Positions 1-12,438 of a stretch of 64,000 bases of DNA are shown here, one piece after another. Numbering within the stretch: the stretch's first letter is position 1; each line of letters opens with the position of its first letter. A model generated the notes under the pieces. The model did not search any database. It had not been told where the DNA came from and saw only the letters and a program-made list of their open reading frames with translations. The stretch is from positions 248,001 through 312,000 of the forward strand of contig QPGO01000068.1 of NCBI GenBank assembly GCA_008632985.1, written 5' to 3'. The translations under genes were made by a program, and so were the position numbers. This DNA is from Psammoneis japonica. Taxonomy: Eukaryota.

Positions 1-17
1 TTTCATGTCGTCTACAG

Positions 18-1164
18 ATTCGGAAAATTGTGGAAATCGAACCTGATTCGATTTGTCTGAGCACTCGCTTTCATTCTGAGCAATCACTCGTCGGAGATAT
101 CCGCGACGTTTGCCAAAAGCTGACAGATAGGGTCGAAACGCTGTCAGCCAAGAAGAATAAGAAAATCGCAATTGCAAAAGCGAAAGAGGGAGGAGAGGAT
201 GATTCCGGTAGAACCTTGGATCTTTTCGACTACATGGCTCACAATTCGCAGGAGGCAACCATTGTAGAAAAAGATGGTTATCGTCGCTTAAGCCTCAAAT
301 CCGTTGACAGGGAGTCCCTAGGAAAAGTATTAGAGGATGCGGACTATCTGTGGGAGCGAGTGCAAAAGGGAGACTGGCAAAAGCTTTTCGGCGTCCGACG
401 TGCAATGCATTACGAAAATCTAGAATCGTATGCGGGCCATGAGTCTAGCTCGAATTTCTGTCACCCCGCAGCAGTCCTAAACGCCATCTCGAAAGCCAGA
501 AAAGATAAAAACGTTTGTTCTGTGGCAAGAAAAGCCGCCCTCACGGTGGATGTCGGAGATGTGACACTCGTAAGTTGTTACGTGGAGTATTATTCCCTCC
601 TGCTTTACAATTTGGTCTTGACTAATGCTGCCGCTCTCTGTGAATCACGTCTCTCTCTCTCTCAAGTGGTCCGGCCTTTGTCTCCACCTAGGACCTGGCT
701 CCCGAACACTGTACTCGGAACATCTCGGTACAATGGGATACGCTCTGTGTGCCGGAGTGGCTGCCGTTTTAGCAAACGAAAGTCCCGCTGGAGCAATCGT
801 TCTTGCAGGAGACGGTGGTTTCCAAATGACAATGCAAGAAGTGGCCACCTTTCAGCAGCACAAGAGGCCAGGAGATAAACTCTTGTGCATTGTGTTTGAC
901 AATGGCTTGTTGGGTAGAGTAGCATTTGGCTTTGACAATGCTCGTGGATGCGAAATGTCCGGATGGGATTACGTTGGCTTTGCCAAGTCCTGCGGAGGCG
1001 GCGGAGTACGCTTGGATCGATCAGAAGACGCGGATGCAGTGATTCGCAAAGCAATGGAAGCAGACGGCCTCTTCCTTGTGCATGTTATTGTTGACCCTGC
1101 TTGCAAGGCAGACATGGCAGCGTTTAAAAGCGATGGCTCTTTGAAAATAATGGACTCGGGCTAA
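18..1164 (+). CDS. 3' part of a thiamine-pyrophosphate-dependent enzyme (pyruvate oxidase / acetolactate synthase-like family); exons 18-569 and 667-1164, 5' exons upstream of the window
   Basis: Splicing the GTAAGT...CAAG intron (570-666) gives DVGDVTL|WSG...HLGTMGYAL...GDGGFQMTMQE...VFDNGLLG, the GDG-X(~25)-N TPP-binding motif; acceptor CTACAG at 12-17. Confidence 0.85.
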
Positions 1165-1407
1165 ACAAAGTACGGTAGTAGCTCATGTGTGACTGTAAAG
1201 AATTTTTACTAGAGAGGATATATCTTATACAGCCTTTCCTGGTCTCCTTCTACAAAAACGTGCAGACGTGACTTCTGCAGTTTTATGAATGACAATAGAA
1301 ATCTAATCGCGACCGATTTCTCTGTTGGAAAGGGTATCCAATACACGTTCCAAGAGAATGAGGCGATCGATTGGTGTTGCAACTACAAGAACAAGCGACG
1401 ACCCTTC

Positions 1408-2963
1408 TCAGTCCGTGGCGTCACAAATTCCCGAAGGTCCCACGGCAAACTGGGCATCCGCCTCGGGCAAGGTGGGACTGTCAAAGACGGTGCAGATGCG
1501 GTTTTCCCCGCGTCCCTTCCTCAAGCGCAAGCGCGTCGTGGACGCGTGAGCGATAATGTTGCCCCAATGGGTTTGGTCGAGTCCTTGGCGAAACTCATAC
1601 CGTCAGGGTTCGCCACGACTTGATTAGTGATGAATACGGCAACGCCAAATTCTTCGGCAATCCTGGTGAGCTGGCGGAGGAACTGCCCCATTTGCATCTG
1701 ACGCTCGGATAGTTCACCTCGCCCGACAAAATCTGAACGATAAAGGGCAGTCGCTGAATCGACCACCATCAATGCATAGCGGTCCTGCGACATGATTGCC
1801 GCCGCCATCTTGAGCAGCTCCATTTGATGCTCCGAGTTGTGGGCTCGAGCGTAGGCGACATTCTCGAGAGCCACGGCGGGGTCCAAGCCGAACCGTTCCG
1901 CAATAGCTTGAAGACGATTGGGGCGAAAGCTGCCTTCCGTGTCAATGTAGATGGCCTTGCCTTCAGCTCCACCCTCGGTCACAGCCATTTGGCACGTGAC
2001 ACATAGAGTGTGGCAGAGCTGAGTCTTGCCGGTACGGAACTCTCCAAAGACCTCGGTGATTGAACCGGTCTCGATTCCGCCTTCCAGGAGCTTGTCGAGC
2101 TCAACTGCACCAGTGGTGAGAGTAACGAGCGTCCTGCAAAAGAATCGTGGAAAAGAATGGAATAACGTTGTGTTATTTTAGTGCAAATGTTGACGCGGAG
2201 GAGATATTGATTGGTGCAACCGATGGGGGGGGGAGTTCAAACACCAAAACAAGAAAGGTGCGCGAAACACATCTGTTTGCTACTCACTTGCGATCCTCGA
2301 GAGCATCAGCTGCGGTCTTGAAATCCATGGGCACCATGTTCTTTACGATCCCCTTGAGCTTCAATACCTTTGCTTCCGAAATGCCTTTGACATCGGATAG
2401 CTTGCGCACGGTGGCATGGGCGACCGACTCGATCGTGTGATAGCCCGCGTCGTTGAGCTTCTGAATGTCGTTTGCCGCAATCCCGTGCTCTTGGAGGCAA
2501 TCCAGGGTCTGGTAGTTAACGGAAATCTGTAATAGTCAAGAAGGATCAAGGAAATAGGTTAGAATTGATTTTCGAAACGGCGTAGCGACAAAACCGCCAT
2601 TTGCGTTTTCCCGCGGTGGCTGTCGAGCTTCCATTTCACACAAGACACGTACAAACGATACCAGCGCCTACGGCAGCCGCCCATCAAAGCATGACGCGAC
2701 GCAGGACGGTATTTTTTGCAAAGCCGTCATTGTCGCTCGACTCCACACTCGCTACCATTAATACATAATGTCGAAAGGCACTAATGATGTATGGAAACGC
2801 GCTGCTGACGACGGCAGTCAGCTTTTGCCGCGGTGCGAACAAACATGCTGCCGACTCATTCGTCGGTATCGAGTCGTGACAGCCTTACCTCCATTTCATC
2901 CATGCCTTCTTCTCCCTGCTGCTGCTGGGCTGGATCCTCGTACTGCTGCTGAACTTCCATCAT
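1408..2963 (-). CDS. RAD51: DNA recombinase RAD51; exons 2963-2889, 2526-2288, 2133-1408, with one apparent 1-bp deletion in a G run near 1562-1565
   Basis: [26 protein letters not shown] (Walker A), [48 protein letters not shown] follows in the shifted frame; canonical GT-AG introns. Confidence 0.95.
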
Positions 2964-3362
2964 GGTGAACAGTGGTTGACGGTGTGGATGTGTTGTTGCT
3001 TGCTGTATGCAGCGGGATGGTGTGTCGTTTCGTCTCACAACGAAAAGAGTGATGATTGTTGGCCGGCTTCTCTTCGCGTTTTTTGGCCCGTCAACATGCT
3101 GCCACACCACGTAGGAGCGTACTAAATTCTACTTACGAACTGCTTCGTACAAACTTGCATAACGGTTAACTTAATATTAATATATTTTTATGCTCGAATA
3201 AATATCAAACTGGTTCAAAATCCAAAGCACACCCGCCAGTTTCGGATCACGAGAAAGCGCCACATGATGTGATCCTCGTCACTTGCCTCACTGGTGCGCC
3301 GGTATGGAATATCCTTAGCAATTCTATAGCTAAAGTAGATATGCTGCTTCTCAGTTCTGTTT

Positions 3363-5483
3363 CTACTTTGGCTGTGATCTACCAACTTTCAATGCGTGTT
3401 TCAGCAACCCACGAACATTTTGCAATCCACCACTCAAGCCTACTTCCGAGAGAAAGATTAGCATGGCACCTTTTGTCCCTAGCAAGGATGAATAGCCCGC
3501 CACCACTTCAAAGATTGCTGACGCTGGAACCTGCGATGCAGCGCCACGTCGGGCTTGAAGCGCCATGGTTTCCGCAACCTTGTCTAGACGAGCTCGAAGG
3601 CAGGATGCAATCTCGAGATTCCGTTGAAACGCAAACGATGCATAGCAAACCACATAAATATCCACGTCGTCTTTTGCACATGCAACCACGCTATTAAACA
3701 AGTCCTTGGGCGAACCACAGTAGCTATTTGATGAACCGATATTAGCAACACCACTTCTCGTCCCACTCAGCGAATCGCAAACAACAGACGACAGGTCCTC
3801 AAGCTGTTTTGAACTTTTCTCTGCATCTTCATTCGGAAGTGCTACTCTCATGATGCCTACATTAAACTCTTTTCGGCGGCGTCCGCTCAAATGGAAAGAA
3901 TTGTAAACCTGGACTCGTCTCGTTGGGACGTCATCGTTCAACAGGAGTACCGTATACGCCTCTCCTGCCTTGGCAACAGTCTTGCCCGAAACGGGGCCGC
4001 CCTGCGGAAGCAGCATGAACCCTTGAGCGTCGCGAAGACTCTGAAGCCTCGAAGACCGTTGGACTCCGGTAGAGGATGCCAAGATCTGTTCACCATTACG
4101 AGTCAACGTTACTCGGCGGTACTCGGGCCGCTCAGTGTCGAGTGTAATGTCATGAGTCAATGTTGCGGATACCTCCGGATGGACCCATGAGTTGCTGACT
4201 ATGCGATCCAACATTTCATCCATGCTTTCTCCATGGCTATCCGCACTTTCATCTGGTCCGTGGTATAAGAGATCCAAGGCGGGTCGTACCAGCAAATGCG
4301 TACAAACCGTGGCGCTTACCGGATTTCCCGGCATGGCAAACACAAGTTTGCTGGGCTCACCAATGGTGACAAAGGTCGTTGGCTTTCCCGGTTTCATGTG
4401 CATTCGACCAAAGTGGAGTGTGCCACCTAGTCGGCTCACCAATACTTCCTCCACAACATCGGTTTCGCCCATGGAAATGCCACCCGTTGTAATGATAACA
4501 TCGCATTGTTCCAACCCGTTCTGTATCGTACTCGTCAGGGAATCAATATCATCGTCTCGTTCCATGCCCAAATCAATAGCAACTGCATTACCAAACGATT
4601 CAAGGAGGGAAGTAGAATGGGACGATTTACGTCGGGTATCCTGCCTACGCCATCTCCATCCTCACCAGGACCAATCAATTCGTTTCCAGTCGAAAGAACA
4701 CCGACCTGTGATTGGAAAACGTGTCGGCAAGCACATAACAAGTTGAGATTCTTGAAAAAGATCTTTACCCCACGCAATTGCTGTATCAACACACACTCAC
4801 CCTTATTCGAGGCTTGACGTCCACATGCTTGACTCCCGACTGGAGCAACAAACCAATGCCACAGAATCCAACACTTGTCCTCGCTCCAACACGACAGATC
4901 CAGCAGCCATGTCACACCCCACCTTTCGAATCCACTTTCCTTCTTGAATGGTTGCTTCGTTTGAAATGGCAATGTATTTTTCGTGTTTACTTGAAGAAAC
5001 CCGGCATACCTCAATCGGCACTACGCAATCGCAACCGTCTGGAACAACCGCTCCAGTGGTAATGTAAAAGGCCTGCGGCATTCGTGTTGTTGTTGTTGTT
5101 GTTGTTGCGACTGTGGTGCATCATTAACACGAGGCTTTTTGGTTTCACCACTCTCCGCCTGAGCAGCACCCGCATGGATTCGATCCACCACGGCATGAGT
5201 CCATCGTTCTTCTCCGTCGTCGTCCGTAGTACTGCTCAAAGGTATCGCTCGTACAAATGGCATATCCATCCATGATGCTTGCGTTGTAATTGGGATATCC
5301 CGGTTCTTGCATAATCACGTCACTGTCCAGTGTTCGATTTAACAGTTTGCTCCAGTCCGACACGTCAATGCGAATTGGTGTTGGGCTTTGTTGCAATCGA
5401 GCCTTTGCTGTTGACTTGAGCACGGTTCTCAACGCGTCCGGCACCGGAACCATGGGATGCGTTGGCGGTGATGACTCGGTCAT
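3363..5483 (-). CDS. CNX1: Molybdopterin molybdotransferase, Cnx1/gephyrin-like: MoeA (E) domain followed by a degenerate MogA (G)-like C-terminal domain; one intron from ~4800 and about four apparent 1-bp frameshifts
   Basis: YNASIMDGYA, YITTGAVVPDGCDCVVPIE, VGVLSTGNEL, IPDVNRP, IITTGGISMGETD, MKPGKP, FAMPGNPVSA, RPEYRRV, TGVQRSSRL spread over successive frames. Confidence 0.9.
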
Positions 5484-5876
5484 GATTTTCGTTTTTGCTT
5501 GCGAACAGATATAGAGAGACGCATGAAAGTACTCTAGTTATCTTCTTTGGCTTTGTCAGAGCGTGGCATTCGCATCAATGGCATGGATGTCATGAGCGCC
5601 GACGACGGATCTTGTTGCCTGTTGCCTTCGCCTCTTTTTCGCCTGAAGAAGATCGAACGCGAACGTGCTGTTTGCTTGCTTGCCTGCCTGTCTGCCTCAT
5701 GCCTCGCGCCATTGTGCAACGAGAAAACGAGGCTGACAACAAGTGACGAAACTACAACGCAAACCGCTCTAAACTGCAGTAGTTGTTGAAGAACGTTGAT
5801 GTCATAATGTGTATTAGTAGTCAGTATGAATTGTAGATGCATAGCGCTCTTAACAGGCGCTCACGTATCCTACACA

Positions 5877-6935
5877 TCACTTGCTCGTTGAAGTTGTTGC
5901 AGTATCACTTCCCAGAATCACAGGAAGTCCATCACCCGAGTTTCCGACAATGACAATCTTTGTGATTGGGAGAATTCGCAAAGAGTTCTGTCGCTTCCAC
6001 ACCCTTCCACCGTAGCAATTGATCCGAAATACCGTCGCTCACAATTTTTTGAAAGTCCGCCACACCCTTGGCCTCGATGCTTTTCGTTCGGCTTCTTGTC
6101 GTTCCTTGGCCAGCACAAATTCCATTCTGGCTGCTTCCTGTTCGGCTTTCACCTTGAGTTCAATGGCTTTCGACAATTCTTCTGGTAATTCAATATCTTT
6201 TAATAGAACATCCTCAATCACAATTCCTCTGGGCTCAAACTTGACAACGAGTTCCGCTTTTAATTCATCTTGAATCGTGTTTCGTCCCGACGTGTAGAGT
6301 GCCTTGGCCTCTGATTCTGAAGTTAGCCCCCGAACGGCTGATGCAGTCTCGGGTACAAGCAGCACGTTGACATAATCCATACCCACCTCTCGGTACAGAC
6401 TTGCCGCCTTGGTTGGATCTAGGCGAAAGAGACTGCGAAAACAGAAAACAAAGAAGAAAAGCCAAACAAAGAGGTCAGCAACAGAACCGAGCTTTAGGGG
6501 AATTATAGAAAGAAACGGCACAACTTTCACTTACACGGCAGTTTCAAGTTTGACGGCGAGACCCTCCTTTGTGGGAATGACATTTTCTTGATCGAGCAAT
6601 TGCGTTTTGGCCGTCATCTTTTCGACAGAGGACGCATAGGGAATTCGAAAATGCATGCCGTTGTTAACAGCCGTGACATGACCAAGTGTCACAACAATCC
6701 CAATGGTACCCGGTGGAATGACAAAGGCGCACTGAACAATAGCAACGAGCAAGAATACTCCCAAAAGCGAAGCCAAGACTAGAACTGTCACGTTTCTAAT
6801 GCCGCGCGGTATAAAGTCCCGATCGTCGTCGTCGTCCATGCTTTCTTCTGTCGTTACTCTTCGTGTATTCTTGCCTGTAATGAGTGGTTGATCTTCACCG
6901 GGGTTGCCAGAAACGTAAAACCTAGGGTTTGTCAT
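5877..6935 (-). CDS. SPFH/band-7 (prohibitin-like) membrane protein; intron 6534-6433; apparent frameshifts near 6085 and 5965
   Basis: N-terminal TM segment, IPPGTIGIVVTLG, IPTKEGLAVKLETAV|LFRLDP, IVIEDVLLKDIELP, AIELKVKAEQEAARMEFVL, IEAKGVADFQKIV in the shifted frame. Confidence 0.85.
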
Positions 6936-7238
6936 GGCAGGAGACAACCGCCTTTTTGTTTTTTGTTGTGATGATAGTTGACGCCTTCGTTCAATCAAGT
7001 CCCGACTCCAGTCCCCAATCACCCGTACCGGATACCCCGGGATTTCAAAAAACATAGTCGGACGAGTCAAAGATCTTTTTTGACAGTGTGCGTCCGTACG
7101 TCGTTGCGTTGAGCCATCAACCGCACGTCTCGTGAAAAAGATTTCTGCCACACAAATTCTTCATCGTTGTTCTGTTGCTGTTGTGTTGTTGCAACAAATA
7201 TCAGTCGCAAGAAGCGTTTGCAGTGCTTTGAATAGATC

Positions 7239-9509
7239 ATGCGTATTTCAGTTTCTTTATTCGTGGCGCTGGCCCTTGCTGGCCAAGCCAGTGCGTTTGC
7301 TCCGGTGCAATTTACACGAGCGGCACGCAAAGATCTCGTTCGTGTCAACATGTCAGAAGAGGGAGACGACGGACCCGTGCTGAACAAGTACAGTCGGTAA
7401 GTATGTAATTTTGCGTCATGTTTCAAGTTATGACTTGTATTTATTTCTCACAAACTTTCTTTTGCAGTACTCTGACTCAACCAAAGTCTCAGGGAGCTTC
7501 TCAGGCAATGTTGTACGCCACAGGTCTCACGGAAGAAGACATGGACAAGCCTCAGGTTGGAGTGTGTTCCGTCTGGTACGAGGGTAACCCGTGCAATATG
7601 CATCTCCTGGAGTTGTCCGAACACGTGAAAAAGGGAGTTCAGGAAGCAGATTGTGTAGGATTGCGTTTCAATACCGTTGGTGTCAGTGACGGTATCTCCA
7701 TGGGAACGCCCGGAATGCGTTTTTCGCTTCAATCGCGTGATTTGATTGCCGACAGCATTGAAACCACAATGGGTGCACAGTGGTATGACGGACTTATTGC
7801 TTTGCCTGGATGTGATAAAAATATGCCCGGATGCGTCATGGCCATGGGACGATTGAACCGACCCGCAATCATGATTTATGGTGGAACGATTCGGGCAGGA
7901 ACGCAGCCGTCGACGGGCGCTTCGCTGGACATTGTCAGTGCCTTTCAGAGTTATGGAGAGTACGTCTATGACAAGATTACTGAAGAAGAGCGCAAAGAAA
8001 TCACCCAACATTCTTGTCCTGGACCAGGAGCTTGTGGAGGAATGTACACCGCCAACACCATGGCAACTGCGATTGAAGCACTTGGTGAGCCATAGCTACT
8101 GTGTCAATCTTGAAGAGCCGCTCTCATCTTTTATGCCGCTCACACTTGATCGCATTCATTTTTTAATTTCTACAGGAATGTCGCTTCCATACTCATCCAG
8201 TTCTCCTGCAGATTCACAGGAAAAGATTGATGAATGCATCGCCGCCGGTGCAGCCATGCGGAATTTGCTGGAAAAGGACATTAAGCCTCGCGACATTATG
8301 ACCAAGGCTGCCTTTGAAAACGCCATTTCCATGGTCATGATGACAGGTGGATCGACCAATGCTGTGTTGCACTTGATTGCCATGAGCCGATCGGTTCAAG
8401 ACCCCAGCGTTGCCATTACCTTGGATGATTTCCAACGAATCTCGGACAAGACTCCCTTTTTGGCTGACTTGAAACCGTCTGGAAAGTTTGTCATGGAGGA
8501 TGTTCAAAACATTGGTGGCACACCGGGAATGATTAAGTTTTTGATTGACAATGGCATGTTTGATGGAGACCAACTCACTGTCACGGGCAAGACGCACAAG
8601 GAGAACCTTGCCGATTTGAACCACCCCGGATTGACCCCTGGACAAGAAATTATCCGACCCCTTGATGACCCCATCAAGAAGACTGGACACTTGCAAATCA
8701 TGTACGGAAATCTTTGTCCTGGCGGTGGTGTTGCGAAAATTACTGGAAAGGAGGGCGAGACTTTTACGGTACGTATTGAGATCTTTGATTGTTTTTATGA
8801 AATTATGGCTGTCAGACTCAATTTGCTGCGTCTGTGACGTTTACTGAATGCATAGGGAACTGCGCGTGTGTACGACAATGAACAGCTCATGATGCGTGGA
8901 CTAGAAAACAAGGAGATTAAGTGCGGCGACGTTGTCATCATCCGTTACGAAGGACCAAAGGGCGGCCCTGGTCTCCCCGAGATGCTAACGCCCACTTCTG
9001 CCATTATGGGCGCTGGTCTCGGTGACTGCGTGGCTCTCTTGACTGACGGACGATTCAGTGGTGGCAGCCACGGATTCTGTATTGGACACATTACACCCGA
9101 AGCACAGGTAAGTTGTTGGCAAGGACGATTGTCTCTTTTTTTTGTTGGCTGGTAACTCATAATATGATATGTACGCAACCAGGTTGGAGGTCCGATTGCA
9201 TTGGTACAGAACGGAGACCCTATTCGAATTGACGCCAGACCCGACCAGCGTACGATTGATCTCCTGATATCCGACGAAGAATGGGAAAAGAGGCGGGCTG
9301 AATGGACTCCTCCTCCTCTTCGCTCCACTCAGGGAACCTTGTTCAAGTATATTCAGTGTGTGGCAACCGCCAGTGAAGGCTGCGTGACGGACGAGGTGGG
9401 CACTGCTACTGCTGCCGAAATTGCTCAGGCTGCACCAAAGACCCCAGCCGTGGCAGAGTTGGAAGCCAAGATTGCTGAGCTTGAGGCACAGATTGGAGTC
9501 AACGTATGA
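7239..9509 (+). CDS. ilvD: Plastid-targeted dihydroxy-acid dehydratase; exons 7239-7396, 7468-8084, 8176-8768, 8856-9107, 9183-9509
   Basis: Presequence [22 protein letters not shown] (diatom bipartite signal); [55 protein letters not shown]; four in-frame GT-AG introns. Confidence 0.97.
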
Positions 9510-10343
9510 TGAAGCAAAATGTTGTTTCTTTATCGTGACCGATTGGGTGTGATGCTCTTTAGTATGGTAGGCTCGTAATAGATTGAATACTTTGTGATGT
9601 TAAGAAGTAGCTAAATAAGAGCACCAGTCGTGGCAACCATTTTGTTCTCGTCAGTTGGGCGGACTAGCACAGCAAAAGGAAGACTCAGTCCTTCGAATCG
9701 CGCATCGCATTGAATCATGTCTCTCGTCTCGTTCTGACAGAAAATCATATTCATGTGGCAAGCGACTGTCCCCGAACTCAATCTCTCATTCTGATTCGCT
9801 CTTCCACGCAAGTTGAAGCCTTGGATCGGATCGTTCGGTCGATTATCTTGTTGCTCGAAACACACGGGAAGAAAAATGCGCAATCCTCATGGGTGGGAAG
9901 TCAAACTTCAAGTCATGACGTCCATTGGCCAATCAAAATAGAAACGGAACTCTTTTTCTTAGCATGATGTCGGCAAATTGATTCTTCGTTAAATGAAAGG
10001 TTCGTTCTGCTACGTCATAGAACAAGAACTTGTTAAGTAGGTTGGATTACGTCACTCCATCCATGATCGACTCAGTGCGCGTTGAATGTCGCTCTGTTGA
10101 CGTTGCTCACAAACTCGATCTTTGACACGAAGCAGCCGAAAAAGCGAAGAACCAAACATCACATACCATTTCATAGCGCCATCGTAGTCTTCTGAACCAC
10201 ACGATACTGGATATTAATTCTTCTGAGACCACAGAGCATCTGAAAAGGAATCGTTTGAACAAAGCTTGGAACGGTACTTCATTCATCGCAATCACAACTT
10301 ACGCTACATACGTACCGAACACGCACAACACGCTACTTTTACA

Positions 10344-10775
10344 ATGCCACGATTTTTCAGTCATAACAAGAGGCTCATGACGTACGGTCGACGATCAAGT
10401 CCACTTTCATCAGAGGCATCAAGTTCCTATGGGAGCCCGCCATCTTCCACCGATTCGTCTCGAGTTTCATCAGCCGTGTCATCGCCAATGCAATCAAGTT
10501 ATGGCCTCTCACGAACAATCGCAGACTCGACGGTTTCTGACCTTACCGCCTTGGCTGGACTAAGTTTGAATGATTCCTTTACAAGACGAAAAGAAGCGTC
10601 GAGAGCAGTCTCGGAAGAGTCGTCTGAGATTTGGGGTCAGTTTGTGGACGTTTCAAAGCCCTTGCCAATTCCATCCGAAATCAGAAGACAAAGAGCATAC
10701 ATGACACCACAAACGTCATCCGTTTCTGATGACACACCTGGACAAAACAAAGGCTGGGAAGCCTTCTTTCATTAG
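10344..10775 (+). CDS. Hypothetical Ser-rich protein, 143 aa
   Basis: Single-exon ORF with ACAATG start in normal-composition DNA; low complexity with a WGQFVD motif; no family recognised. Confidence 0.5.
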   Translation: MPRFFSHNKRLMTYGRRSSPLSSEASSSYGSPPSSTDSSRVSSAVSSPMQSSYGLSRTIADSTVSDLTALAGLSLNDSFTRRKEASRAVSEESSEIWGQFVDVSKPLPIPSEIRRQRAYMTPQTSSVSDDTPGQNKGWEAFFH

Positions 10776-11433
10776 AAGCATACCCAGCCGCCGCTATTCG
10801 ATAATTCATTCATGTGTGACAGGGGCTCCCTCAAACAATGACGGCAAGTTCTAATCGCTACATCACACTTTGGTTTCGACATCCGATATCGAAACCTAGA
10901 AAGCTAATTCATAATCTAGCTACTCTTTTGCTACCTATAGTACCAGGCAATATATTTCACTAGTAGAAGACTCATAATTTACGAACCGCCACTTCCTCTC
11001 GCTCTAGATTAGACCTTAGTTTACCATGGTTGATGGCCCTGCACGGCAAACTACCGTGCTCGAGCAATCCAGGAGCATGACAGAAAACCAGCCAATGTTG
11101 ACAACCCCGGTGATGACGCTCCTCGTTTTGAATTTCACCTCAAGTTGATGTCATCGTTGCGCGAAGCACCGACGGCCACGTCAGACATGACCGATTCACG
11201 AAAATGCACGATTGGTTGACGGCAAGACAGAATATGAAGACGGCCAGACGACTAAACGGAGTCTTCGCACGACTTGATCGCGCGAGGAATCGAATCAGTC
11301 ATTCATCGTCCGCAGGCATTTGCTTTTTCGACAGCCCAGCAAAGACCAACTTTGTTGCGACGTGGGTGACGGCTCACAACAGTTCCTCTTGTTTACTACT
11401 TCGAACGCATTGTCTCATTATACATACAAAATC

Positions 11434-12438
11434 ATGTCGAATCCAAATGATGCCACCTCGAGTGGAAGTGTTGCGTCCTTGATGGGAGCCGTGGGCTCGC
11501 TGTAAGTTTTGTCAGTCGTGATTTTTCGTCGGTCATTACCGTTGGGGGCAGCCTGTAGAATCAGTACAGGTGGCTACGTAGAGACAAAATGTTTGTTGAT
11601 GGAAAAAAGCTCGCGGGTCGACCGGACCGCAAAGTACTTGCTATGCTTTTCGACCATGGCGGTGTTGTTTTGTGCCTGTTAGTGGATCAAACGATGAAGC
11701 GCATATGTCGAGGACGAATTATTCTTTTGTTTTACGTCGTGACTGTCTTTTTAATTTTCGACGAAACACTTTTCTAACATTCGCACGCCCAAAAAATACC
11801 TTCAATTTCTTTTCGTGTATAGCAAAGAGAAATGGGACTCTAGCGGGGCGACGGAAGCAATGTCAAACGTTTCGGCACAGATTCCTCAGGGTGCAAAGGA
11901 TTTTCTGTCAGACAAGAAGCTCTTTAATCGGGAGCATCTGCGGTCTCTGACGGTGTACTTTGGCATTGGCGAAGAACGCCCTTTTTACGTGGAGCGTGCT
12001 CCTTCTCTCTTGGTGGAACGTCTCCGCCACAATGTGAGCTTTTTCTATCTCAATTACGCCGTCTTGACAGCTCTTTTGTTTGTCTTGACGCTGCTGATCA
12101 GTCCTAGTGCAATTATCGGAATTGGATTGTTGGGCCTTTCGTGGGTCTATGTGATTCGAGCAAGTCAGGAGGGATCCATGAATATCTACGGTTTGACTAT
12201 TTCACAGAAGCAAGCGTCAATGGTCATGACTGCATTGAGTGTTGTGGTGCTGCTGTATCTCTTGTCGAATATTTTCTGGTGGACGCTGTTTTCGAGTGGA
12301 TTCCTTTGCGGTGTACACGCGCTCTTGCGTGATGCGTCCATGCACAAGGACGAGGAAGATAAGGTTCAAATGTCGGGTGACTTGGATTTGAGTGAAGAAG
12401 CTACATTCTTGAATGAGAGTAGTACTCCTGCTGTTTGA
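11434..12438 (+). CDS. PRA1 (prenylated Rab acceptor) family protein; exons 11434-11501 and 11823-12438
   Basis: RLRHNVSFFYLNY motif, two long hydrophobic hairpins, HALLR; GTAAGT...TATAG intron joins in frame. Confidence 0.88.

Noticed and set aside
1408..6100. Frameshifts in RAD51, Cnx1 and band-7 suggesting pseudogenes or programmed frameshifting
   Set aside because: Mostly single-base losses in short homopolymers within otherwise conserved genes; most likely long-read consensus errors, checkable with short reads
18..9509. TPP enzyme near ilvD as a branched-chain amino acid gene cluster
   Set aside because: Three unrelated genes intervene and the TPP enzyme cannot be assigned specifically as acetolactate synthase
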